Below are positions 1 to 7,346 of a stretch of 15,569 nucleotides of DNA, piece after piece. This DNA comes from Candidatus Eiseniibacteriota bacterium (GTDB taxonomy: Bacteria; Eisenbacteria; RBG-16-71-46; CAIMUX01; VGJL01). The notes beneath the pieces are model-generated. The model searched no databases. It was given only the letters and a program-made list of their open reading frames with translations, and had not been told where the DNA came from. A program made the position numbers and the translations under genes. Each line of letters starts with the position of its first letter. Within the stretch, counting starts at the first letter, position 1. The stretch lies in NCBI GenBank assembly GCA_041946735.1, contig JBHGAY010000050.1:1-15569 (forward strand), given 5' to 3'.

Positions 1-95
1 GCTTTGCGCCGGAGCGGCGGCGCCGCTTTGCGCCGGAGCGCCGGCGCTGCTTGCGCCGGAGCTGCAGCGCCGCTTTCATCCGGAGCGCCCGCGGC
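1..95. repeat. Degenerate ~24-bp tandem repeat, 4 copies (may extend left of the window)
   Basis: Units at 1-24, 25-48, 49-71 (23 bp) and 72-95 share GCTT(T)GCGCCGGAGC; the fourth reads GCTTTCATCCGGAGC. Confidence 0.85.
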
Positions 96-287
96 CTCGC
101 CCTCGTGGACGGCGCTCGCCTGAGCAAGACGGACCGTTCCGGCTCGCGCCTCGGGGCTCGCTCGCGCGAATCGCCGCCCAACCCTTCTGCGGGTGGTTCC
201 CGCGCGGCGAGCACGCCACGCGGGCGAGGCCTCCCGGGCGCTCCGGCCGCGGCGCCGCGGTCGCGGCACGTCCCCGGCGCCTGCGGG

Positions 288-321
288 TTGACGCGGGCCC
301 GAACGATGAAGTTAACTGCAT
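288..321 (+). promoter_or_regulatory. Candidate sigma70 promoter with overlapping palindrome upstream of the bd-like operon
   Basis: TTGACG at 288-293; weak -10-like TTAACT at 312-317 (18-bp spacer), inside the 14/16 palindrome ATGAAGTTAACTGCAT (306-321). Confidence 0.35.
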
Positions 322-366
322 GGCGCTTGGTTCGACCCGCGCACCAGGGATGGGAGGGCCGTCGCT

Positions 367-1773
367 ATGGAGTATCCCTTCTGGGAAGTCCCGCTGCTCG
401 GCGGCGGGATGGTCATCGCGCTGATCGCGATCGTCCACGTCTTTGTCTCGCACTTCGCCGTCGGCGGCGGGCTCTTCCTCGTGCTGACCGAGCGGAAGGC
501 GCGCCGCGAGAAGAGCCCGGAGATCCTGCACTACGTCCGGTCGCACTCGCGTTTCTTCATCCTGTTGACGCTCGTCTTCGGAGCGATCACCGGCGTCGGG
601 ATCTGGTTCGCGATCGCGCTGGCCCATCCCGCAGGAACGAGCCTGCTGATCCACAACTTCGTCTTCGGATGGGCGATCGAGTGGTGCTTCTTCGTCGTCG
701 AGATCGCCGCCGCCCTCCTCTACTACTACGGCTGGGATCGACTCACCCCGCGGACGCACCTCGCGATCGGCTGGATCTACTTCGTCTCCGCCTACATGAG
801 CCTGGTCGTCATCAACGGCATCCTCTCCTTCATGCTGACCCCCGGCCGATGGCTGGAGCACGGCGGCTTCTGGAACGGCTTCTTCAATCCGAGCTACTTT
901 CCGTCGCTCCTGCTGCGCACCGGAGTGGCGCTTTCGCTGACCGGCCTGTACACCCTGCTGACCGCGTCGCTGGTCGCGCGCGAATCGACGCGCGGCAAGC
1001 TCGTCCGCTACGCGGCCAAATGGGTCTTCGCCGGCTTTGCGATCCTGCCGGTCGCCGGCCTGTTCTACCTGCTCACGATCGGCACCGATGCGCGCCACAT
1101 CGCCTTCGGCGGCGCGCCGCCGGTCGGTATCTTCCTCGGCCTCTCGCTCGGGATCTCCCTCTTCCTCCTCGTCTTCACCTGGCTTCTCGCCTGGCGCATG
1201 CCAGCCCGATTCTCCCCGGCCCTCGCGGCCCTCTTCCTCGTCGTCGGCTTCGTCGTCACGGCGACGTCCGAATGGGTGCGCGAGGCGGTGCGCAAGCCCT
1301 ACGTCGTCCACAGCACGATGTACTCCAACGGAATCCGGCCCGAGCAGGTCGCGTCGCTCGGCCGCACCGGATTGCTGCCCCACCTGAGGTGGGCTCGCGG
1401 GCAGGAGATCGGGACGCTGGGGCGGCGCGCCGCGGGCGAGGAGCTGTTCCGCTTCCAGTGCGCCTCCTGCCACACGATCGACGGCTACAACGGCATCCGT
1501 CCGCTGATCCGCGGATGGCGCGAGAGCTTCCTTGCCGAGCAGCTTCGCCACCTGGACGAGCTGAAGGGCTACATGCCGCCGTTCGCGGGGACGGACGAGG
1601 AGCGGCGCTGCCTCGCCCACTTCCTCGCCGGCCTCTGGGGCTTCCCGGCGGAGGATCAGCCGCTCCCGGTGATGGACGTGGCGCATAGCGACCCGCCGGG
1701 CTCGACGAACGCGGTCGAGGGCGCGGCGGTCGAAGGCGCGGCGGTCGAGAGCGCCGAGGAGGTGGAGCGATGA
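367..1773 (+). CDS. Cytochrome bd oxidase subunit I (CydA)-like membrane protein fused to a C-terminal monohaem cytochrome c
   Basis: GGGAGG SD upstream; about 9 hydrophobic segments; CydA-type motifs (helix-I His in IVHVFVSHF, WAIEWCFFVVE, EWVREAVRKPY resembling E..GRQPW); CASCH at 1459-1473 with a downstream YMPPF Met; no long Q-loop. Confidence 0.85.
   Translation: MEYPFWEVPLLGGGMVIALIAIVHVFVSHFAVGGGLFLVLTERKARREKSPEILHYVRSHSRFFILLTLVFGAITGVGIWFAIALAHPAGTSLLIHNFVFGWAIEWCFFVVEIAAALLYYYGWDRLTPRTHLAIGWIYFVSAYMSLVVINGILSFMLTPGRWLEHGGFWNGFFNPSYFPSLLLRTGVALSLTGLYTLLTASLVARESTRGKLVRYAAKWVFAGFAILPVAGLFYLLTIGTDARHIAFGGAPPVGIFLGLSLGISLFLLVFTWLLAWRMPARFSPALAALFLVVGFVVTATSEWVREAVRKPYVVHSTMYSNGIRPEQVASLGRTGLLPHLRWARGQEIGTLGRRAAGEELFRFQCASCHTIDGYNGIRPLIRGWRESFLAEQLRHLDELKGYMPPFAGTDEERRCLAHFLAGLWGFPAEDQPLPVMDVAHSDPPGSTNAVEGAAVEGAAVESAEEVER
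1711..1755 (+). repeat. In-frame 15-bp tandem repeat x3 (AVEGA/AVEGA/AVESA)
   Basis: GCGGTCGAGGGCGCG, GCGGTCGAAGGCGCG, GCGGTCGAGAGCGCC in the acidic C-terminal tail. Confidence 0.9.
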
Positions 1774-2912
1774 ACCCGGCCGTCCTGCCCCCGATCGACC
1801 CGCTGCCGCTGCCGGCTCCGGTCTGGATCTTCCGGGTCCTGCATCTGGTGACGTTTCTGCTGCACCTGCTCGCGATGAACCTGCTGCTCGGCGTCGGCAT
1901 CGTCACCGCGATCACCGCGGCGCGCGGGCGCCGCAACGCGCCGCACTGTCGGCGTCTCGCCGAGAAGCTGCACCCAATGCTCCCGGTCCTCACTGCCGCC
2001 ACCGTGACGCTCGGCGTCGCCGCGCTACTCTTCCTCCAGGTTCTCTTCGGCCGCTTCTTCTACACGTCGAGCATCCTGCTCGCAGTCCCGTGGTTCTCGA
2101 TCGTCTTCCTGCTGATCGCCGCCTACTACGGGCACTACTTCTCCGCGATGTCCGACACGGTGCGGCGCGAGCGGCGTGCCTGGATCGCCTGGGGCTCGGC
2201 CATCCTGATCCTGATCGTCGGCTTCATCTACACGAACAACTTGACCCTCCTGCAGACCCCCGAGCGCTTCCGCGACCTCTATCTGGCCGGACGGTCCGGC
2301 GTGCGCCTGAACTTCGGCGAGCCGACGCTGATCCCGCGCTTCCTGCACTTCCTGACCGCCGCCATCGCGGCGGCCGGGCTCGGGATCGTCGCCGTCGGAT
2401 GGAACACGATCCGGCGCGGCGAGGAGAACGAAGGGTTCGGGGCGTGGACGGTCCGCTACGGACGCAAATGGTTCCTCGGCGCGACCGCCGTCCAGCTCGT
2501 GATCGGCCTCTGGTTCCTTTTCAGCATCCCCGAGCAGGTCCGCGGCCTCTTCCTCGGCGGCGACCCGGTGCGCACCGGCCATCTCTTCGTGGCCGTCTTC
2601 CTCGCGCTCGCGGCGGTCGCGCTGCTCGCGGCGAAGCCCGAATCGGGCCGGATCGTCCTCGCCTCGGCCGGACTGCTGGCGCTCGCCATCCTCGGGATGG
2701 TCCTCGTGCGGAGCTGGGTGCGCGACGCGATGCTCGGTCCTTCGGCCGGGCTCGGAGAGCTGACCGTGCAGCCGCAGTGGGAGGTGCTCGCGATCTTCCT
2801 CGTGCTCTTCCTCGGCGCGCTCGCGACCCTCGGCTGGATGATCCGTCGCTTCCTCAAGGAAGGGAAGCGCGTGAGCCGTCGCGAGCCGGGAAGGCTGAAC
2901 CTCGTATCGTAG
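1770..2912 (+). CDS. Polytopic membrane protein, probable second (CydA-paralogous) subunit of the bd-like complex
   Basis: ATGA overlap with the upstream stop; GGAG SD; about 9 TM segments; His motifs LHLVTFLLHLL and PRFLHF resembling CydA haem-ligand helices. Confidence 0.75.
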   Translation: MNPAVLPPIDPLPLPAPVWIFRVLHLVTFLLHLLAMNLLLGVGIVTAITAARGRRNAPHCRRLAEKLHPMLPVLTAATVTLGVAALLFLQVLFGRFFYTSSILLAVPWFSIVFLLIAAYYGHYFSAMSDTVRRERRAWIAWGSAILILIVGFIYTNNLTLLQTPERFRDLYLAGRSGVRLNFGEPTLIPRFLHFLTAAIAAAGLGIVAVGWNTIRRGEENEGFGAWTVRYGRKWFLGATAVQLVIGLWFLFSIPEQVRGLFLGGDPVRTGHLFVAVFLALAAVALLAAKPESGRIVLASAGLLALAILGMVLVRSWVRDAMLGPSAGLGELTVQPQWEVLAIFLVLFLGALATLGWMIRRFLKEGKRVSRREPGRLNLVS

Positions 2913-2990
2913 AAGCGGCGAGGAGGCTGGCATCCGTGCGGGCCCCCCCCGCGGCCCGGAGCGGCTCAGCTCGAGCCGGTCGCGCTTCGA

Positions 2991-3039
2991 GAAAGGGAAA
3001 GCGCCCGGCGAACCTTGCGCGAAGAGGTTCGCCGGGCGC
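2991..3039 (-). terminator. Intrinsic terminator of the minus-strand diiron gene (possibly bidirectional)
   Basis: Perfect 15-bp inverted repeat GCGCCCGGCGAACCT (3001-3015) / AGGTTCGCCGGGCGC (3025-3039); followed on the minus strand by TTTCCCTTTC; lies between convergent genes. Confidence 0.8.
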
Positions 3040-3065
3040 GGAGCGGCCTTCCGAGGCGCGCAGGA

Positions 3066-3974
3066 TCAGGAGAACGCGGGGGCGATCTCCTCGATGCGCG
3101 CGCGAGCCGAAGGCCGGATCTTCCCGAGCGTCTCGAGGAAGACCGGGTGGGTCATCCCCGTGCCGAGGTAGGTCCAGCGGACGGCCCGGACCTGCGCCTC
3201 CTGATACTGCATACGCTCGTCATCGTGCAGCTCGCGTCCCGTCGCCTCGCGGAACGCCTCGAGGTTCATCGCGACCTGCTGCTGCAAGCCGCCGTCGAGC
3301 ATCGTCCCGATCTCGAGATACCCGTCGACTGCCGCGTCGATCTGCTCGGGCGTCCTCGAGTCGGCGAGCGCCTCGACCATGAGCACGTCCATCTTCGCGT
3401 GCTGCGCCTCCTCCATCCAGTGATGCTGGAGGAGGCTCTTGAACTGCGGATCGAGATCCTGGTTGTCCTTCATGCAATCGAGGTAGTGGCGCTGCGTCAT
3501 CCACTCGATGTGGAGGGTCACGAGGGCCACCGACAGCGGATCATGGGACAGCACCGCGTTGGCGATCGCGTCGGCCGGTCCGATGACGGGGCAGCGGACG
3601 CCGAAACCTGCCGCGAACTCCTCGGAGAAGCGATGGAAGAGCTGGATGTGCTTCGCCTCGTCGCTCGCGAAGCGCAGGAGCGCGCGCGCCCGGTCGTCGT
3701 CGCCGCTCAGATTCGGTCGCGCATGATCGAGGACGAACGGAAGGATGAACTCCTCCACGAGCCCGAAGATGTAGAGGTACTCGTTGCCGCGAATCTGGTT
3801 GAGCACGAGGCGCTCGGCGGGCGAGAGGAACGTGAGAGGCTCGACTCCGGCGAGCGCCTCGGGGAGAAAGGGCTTCGAGAAATCGAGACGATTGTCGCCG
3901 CCGATCAGGTCTTCGACCTTCCAGGAGATCTTCTCGGACGCGCTCAGGATCGCGCCGTAGCTGTACGTGGACAT
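3066..3974 (-). CDS. Ferritin-like diiron protein, AurF (N-oxygenase)-like, 302 aa
   Basis: Start reassigned to ATG 3974 (MSTYSY), with GGAGG SD about 9 nt upstream; diiron ligand pattern VEE ... DEAKH ... HIE ... HWMEEAQH. Confidence 0.8.
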   Translation of the reverse strand: MSTYSYGAILSASEKISWKVEDLIGGDNRLDFSKPFLPEALAGVEPLTFLSPAERLVLNQIRGNEYLYIFGLVEEFILPFVLDHARPNLSGDDDRARALLRFASDEAKHIQLFHRFSEEFAAGFGVRCPVIGPADAIANAVLSHDPLSVALVTLHIEWMTQRHYLDCMKDNQDLDPQFKSLLQHHWMEEAQHAKMDVLMVEALADSRTPEQIDAAVDGYLEIGTMLDGGLQQQVAMNLEAFREATGRELHDDERMQYQEAQVRAVRWTYLGTGMTHPVFLETLGKIRPSARARIEEIAPAFS

Positions 3975-4237
3975 TCGAAGGATCCTCCATCCTTTTGTGT
4001 TCGTTGTCATTCGCGCCCGCGAGCGGCGGCCGCGGCCATGTGCGGCCGAGCGGCGGCTGCGGGCCGGCGATCCCCGGCGGCTTCTTGGCGCGCCGCGCGG
4101 CTCCGTCCGAGCCGCTCTCGGTCCCTTAGTACGAAAAGAAGGGCATCCGGCTGCCATGGTTTCTTCCGAGGATGCCAGCCGCATGGGACCGCCCCCGGCC
4201 GGCGGCTTGCCTGGTAATCCGTTGCGAACGGTCCGGG

Positions 4238-4753
4238 ACGACCTCCAGGCCGCACTGTCACACGCTTCGAACAGACGGACGATCTGCCGCCGGTCAATTG
4301 TCACCTGCTACAGAGCCCCACCTGATCTCCTCCCGGCAAGGTGCAGCATGTTCCAGAGTCCCAGCAGCAGTTCGGGCGGCGTGTTGTGACGTGTCACGGG
4401 GTGCCGGGGGCAGTTCGGGCGGCGTGTTGTGACGTTTCACGGGGTGCCGGGGGCAGTTCGGGCGGCATGCTGTGACGTGTTACGCGGTGCCGAGGGCAGT
4501 TCGGGCGGCGTGTTGTGACGTGTTACGGAGTGCCGGGGGCAGTTCGGGCGGCATGCTGCAGCACGTTCCAGTGTCCCACCCGCAGATCGGACGGCAGTTT
4601 GGCGCATGTCGCAGGTTCCCACCGGCAGATCCGGCGGCGTGCTGCGACGTGCTACAACCCGCCGGGAGAGGATCCCGCGGCTCCCTGCAGCGGGTGGCAA
4701 TGCCCCGCCGGCAGATCGGGCGACGGCTTGTAACGGATCGCGGGCAAAACCGG
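4238..4753. repeat. Non-coding 43-bp tandem array, about 11-12 units, conserved centre and degenerate edges
   Basis: Unit starts at exact 43-bp steps: (4238), 4281, 4324, 4367, 4410, 4453, 4496, 4539, 4582, 4625, 4668, 4711. Central unit GCAGTTCGGGCGGCGTGTTGTGACGTGTCACGGGGTGCCGGGG. The unit at 4238 is supported mainly by an in-register TGTCAC. Confidence 0.9.
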
Positions 4754-4949
4754 GCGCACGGCCGGCTGAACCGGCGCGCGTTTCGCACGGGGTGGCGCTT
4801 CCCTTCCGCGCCAGCGTGTAGAATGGCCGGTCCTCTTGCCGGGGCGAGCGCCGCGACCGGCGCCTCGCTCCATCTGGAAGCAGACGTTCCGGTGTCCCTA
4901 CGGGGAAAGCCGGAGGTGCGACATAGAGAACGGAAGGGAGAACGCAACG

Positions 4950-5546
4950 ATGAGACCGGTCGATGGAAGGGTTCTCTTGCTGGCGTTCGTGGGCTTCCTG
5001 CTCTCGTTCGGGGGGCTCGTGGGCGTCCGCGCGGCCGACAAATCGAACGGGGGAGGCGCGAGCGCTGCGATGTCAGAAGCGCCGGAGCCTTCCGCGGAGA
5101 TCCAGCGCCTCGCATCGTACGCGGGCGTCTTCGAGGGGAGCGGCACGCTGTCGATGGAAGGCAAGTCGTTCCCCATCAAGATTCGACACGAGTGGCGATC
5201 GGTCGCGGACGGTGCGGGGATGGAGGTCCACGAGACGGCCGACTGTGAAGCGACCGGACACCGCGACGCAGCGAACCTCTTCGGAATGGACGAGAGCGGG
5301 AAGCTGCACCTGTTCACCGTCGGCAACGACGCGGAGACGCACGACCACGCCGGCACCTGGTCGGACCCCACGCACTTCCGGCTGCGCTACGAGGGGACGT
5401 TCCAGGGCAAGCCGATGATCGAGGAGATTCCGGCGACGCTCGAGGGGCCGGATCAGTACAGCTTCGAGGCGATCACGACGCTGGACGGGAAGGAGTTCGC
5501 GAAGCTGGCGGTGACGATGCGGAGGGCGCAGACCGCGGGGCGGTAG
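4950..5546 (+). CDS. Exported beta-rich protein, DUF1579-like, 198 aa
   Basis: Start reassigned to ATG 4950 after AAGGGAG SD; N-terminal signal peptide (…GLVGVRA); pattern LASYAGVFEG…FGMDESGK…GTW resembles DUF1579 barrels. Confidence 0.65.
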   Translation: MRPVDGRVLLLAFVGFLLSFGGLVGVRAADKSNGGGASAAMSEAPEPSAEIQRLASYAGVFEGSGTLSMEGKSFPIKIRHEWRSVADGAGMEVHETADCEATGHRDAANLFGMDESGKLHLFTVGNDAETHDHAGTWSDPTHFRLRYEGTFQGKPMIEEIPATLEGPDQYSFEAITTLDGKEFAKLAVTMRRAQTAGR

Positions 5547-5580
5547 CCCTTTCGGAAGGCAGGGCGGGCGCCCGGTCGAA

Positions 5581-5589
5581 TGCTATCCT
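5581..5589 (+). promoter_or_regulatory. Extended -10 promoter candidate
   Basis: TGcTATCCT (TGn-TAnnnT) about 60 nt upstream of ATG 5650. Confidence 0.5.
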
Positions 5590-5649
5590 CTCCTGTTTCC
5601 GTCCCGTCGCGAGGCCGCGCGCCGGCCGGCGGAACAGGAGAGGAGCCCC

Positions 5650-6291
5650 ATGCGGATCGGAATTCTCGGAACCGGCGAGGTCGGCAAGACGATTGCGAAG
5701 GGGCTTGCGGGCCGCGGACACGAGGTCCGGATCGGCTCTCGAGATGTCCGCAAGCTCGACGACTGGCTTCCCGAAGCGGGCCCGCGGGTGCAGGCAGCGA
5801 GCTTCGCCGATGCGGCATCGTTCGCCGAGGTCGCGATTCTCGCGACCCTCTGGAGCGGCACCGAGAACGCGCTCCGCCTCGCCGGGCACGAGAACCTCGC
5901 GGGCAAGGTCGTGATCGACACGACGAATCCGCTCGTCTTCCACTCCGACGGCCCGCCGACCCTCGCGCTCGGCTTCGACGACTCGGCGGGCGAGCAGGTG
6001 CAGCGGTGGCTGCCGGCGTCCCGCGTGGTCAAGTGCTTCAACATTACCGGCAACCGGAACATGGTCGATCCGACGTTCCCGGACGGGCAGCCGGACATGT
6101 GGATCTGCGGCAACGACTCGGCCGCGAAAGAGACGGTCTCCGGCATCTGCCGCGAGCTCGGATGGCCGCCGGTCGTCGATTGCGGCGGGATCGAGGGAGC
6201 GAGACTGCTCGAGCCGCTCGCGATGCTCTGGATCGACTACGGCATCCGCCACGGGAGCTGGACGCACGCGTTCAAGCTGCTGCGTAAGTGA
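5650..6291 (+). CDS. NAD(P)-binding oxidoreductase, F420_oxidored family (NADPH-dependent F420 reductase-like)
   Basis: AGGAGAGGAG SD; Rossmann GILGTGEVG; family motifs KVVIDTTNP, SAGEQVQ, VVKCFN, CGND, ARLLEP. Confidence 0.85.
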   Translation: MRIGILGTGEVGKTIAKGLAGRGHEVRIGSRDVRKLDDWLPEAGPRVQAASFADAASFAEVAILATLWSGTENALRLAGHENLAGKVVIDTTNPLVFHSDGPPTLALGFDDSAGEQVQRWLPASRVVKCFNITGNRNMVDPTFPDGQPDMWICGNDSAAKETVSGICRELGWPPVVDCGGIEGARLLEPLAMLWIDYGIRHGSWTHAFKLLRK

Positions 6292-6398
6292 GCGTCCGAG
6301 AGCGAGCAGCCCGAGGATCGTACGGTGAGATTCGGGCGCGGGTTTCCAGGTTCCTGCACGTTTACGATCGAGATTGTTTGGGAGCGGCACATCGCGGC

Positions 6399-6407
6399 TG
6401 CTACGAT
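6399..6407 (+). promoter_or_regulatory. Extended -10 promoter candidate for the leader-carbonic anhydrase transcript
   Basis: TGcTACGAT; predicts a start at about 6414-6415, only 3-4 nt before ATG 6418. Confidence 0.55.
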
Positions 6408-6417
6408 CCGACTCACG

Positions 6418-6495
6418 ATGCAACCCGATCCGCGGCACTTCTCCTGTTGTTGTTGTCCTCGGTCCGACAGGATCGAGGGCGGAGCGGGCTCGTGA
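6418..6495 (+). CDS. Putative polycysteine leader peptide [25 protein letters not shown] (25 aa)
   Basis: ATG 6418 to TGA 6493-6495; four consecutive TGT codons at 6445-6456; no SD, directly downstream of an extended -10; overlaps alternative RNA pairings. Confidence 0.65.
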   Translation: MQPDPRHFSCCCCPRSDRIEGGAGS

Positions 6496-6533
6496 TGGAA
6501 ACCCCCTGACGAAGGGGAATCTATGGAATCAGC

Positions 6534-6567
6534 GAGACCCACCGCCCCACCGGCGGTGGGTTTTCTG
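6534..6567 (+). terminator. Attenuator-type intrinsic terminator in the carbonic anhydrase 5' leader
   Basis: Stem CCCACCGCC (6538-6546) / GGCGGTGGG (6552-6560), loop CCACC, followed by TTTTCTG; about 240 nt after the upstream stop and about 70 nt before ATG 6638. Confidence 0.7.
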
Positions 6568-6637
6568 CATGCGGTCGGCGGGCTCGAGCGAGCCTCGGCT
6601 GTCGAGGAGCCCGGCGGCCCGGAGAGAGGAGACGGAG

Positions 6638-7219
6638 ATGAGCAAGGTCCTCGAAGAGGTTCTTCAGGCGAACACGGTCTATGTCGAGCAGTTCGGCGAA
6701 CGTGGCAACCTCGCGATGCCTCCGGCGAGGAAGATCGCAATCTTGACGTGCATGGATGCCCGCCTAGACCCGGCGAAGTATGCCGGTCTGGCCGAGGGGG
6801 ACGCCCACGTGATCCGCAACGCCGGCGGACGGGCGAGCGACGATGCGATCCGCTCGCTCGTGATCTCGCACAAGCTGCTCGGCACGCGGGAGTGGTTCGT
6901 GATCCATCACACCGGATGCGGAATGACGCTCTTCACCGAGGAGGTGATGGGAGAGCTGCTGGCGGAGAGCCTCGCGACCGCGACATTCGACGGGAAGGAG
7001 TGGAGGAACACACACAACGGCGGCGGATCGCCCGAGGGACGCTACATCCATTGGCTGACGATCGCCGACCAGAACCGGGCGGTCGTCGAGGACATCACGC
7101 GGATTCGCGAGCATCCTCTCGTTCCGGCAGACATTGCGATCCACGGGTTCCTCTATGACGTGCGGACCGGAAGGCTGCAGGCGGTTCCGGGAGCGGCGGA
7201 AGCAGGCCGGCCGGTCTAG
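6638..7219 (+). CDS. Beta-class carbonic anhydrase, clade D (Rv1284-like; clade includes COS/CS2 hydrolases), 193 aa
   Basis: Start reassigned to ATG 6638 after a GAGGAG SD; Zn ligands CMDAR (CxDxR) and HHTGCG (HxxC); [16 protein letters not shown]. Confidence 0.9.
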   Translation: MSKVLEEVLQANTVYVEQFGERGNLAMPPARKIAILTCMDARLDPAKYAGLAEGDAHVIRNAGGRASDDAIRSLVISHKLLGTREWFVIHHTGCGMTLFTEEVMGELLAESLATATFDGKEWRNTHNGGGSPEGRYIHWLTIADQNRAVVEDITRIREHPLVPADIAIHGFLYDVRTGRLQAVPGAAEAGRPV

Positions 7220-7346
7220 GCGGGCCGGCCGCCCACGTCCGGCATGCGGTCGGCACGTCGTCCGTTACAACCAGGCTTCGTCGCGCGAACGATTGCGGTA
7301 CGCTTTCGCCCGGCTGCGCGGATCGCAGCCGAGGAGGACCGCATCG

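Noticed and set aside
51..1688. Long alternative-frame and antisense ORFs (51-1688 +, 76-1686 -, and similar ones across the window)
   Set aside because: Arg/Pro/Ala-rich shadow ORFs typical of high-GC DNA, overlapping well-supported genes.
3975..4304. N-terminal extension of the diiron ORF and small ORFs across 4000-4900
   Set aside because: Strong SD at ATG 3974; the extension is low complexity and the 43-bp period is incompatible with a coding repeat.
4385..4398. CRP/FNR box in the repeat core (TGTGA…TCAC)
   Set aside because: Half-site spacing is 4 nt rather than the 6 required for CRP, and the half-sites do not match FNR.
4367..4753. CRISPR array
   Set aside because: Units are contiguous with no unique spacers; no cas genes or AT-rich leader in the window.
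6418..6495. Cys-rich peptide as a RiPP precursor for the nearby radical SAM/SPASM enzyme, or as a metallothionein
   Set aside because: The enzyme is on the opposite strand two genes away, with no transporter or protease; contiguous Cys codons plus terminator/antiterminator pairing fit attenuation better.
6288..6509. 73-aa ORF reading the TGT run as six Leu (possible Leu attenuator), and the Val-run frame in ORF 6374
   Set aside because: Both start upstream of the predicted promoter and the downstream gene is unrelated to branched-chain amino acids. The Cys frame has an ATG at the predicted TSS and a stop at segment 2. Not fully excluded, since GTG 6288 overlaps the upstream stop.
6292..6637. 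Known riboswitch (fluoride, SAM, guanidine, T-box)
   Set aside because: Only short resemblances such as GTGATGG; no complete consensus recognised. An Rfam scan would settle it.
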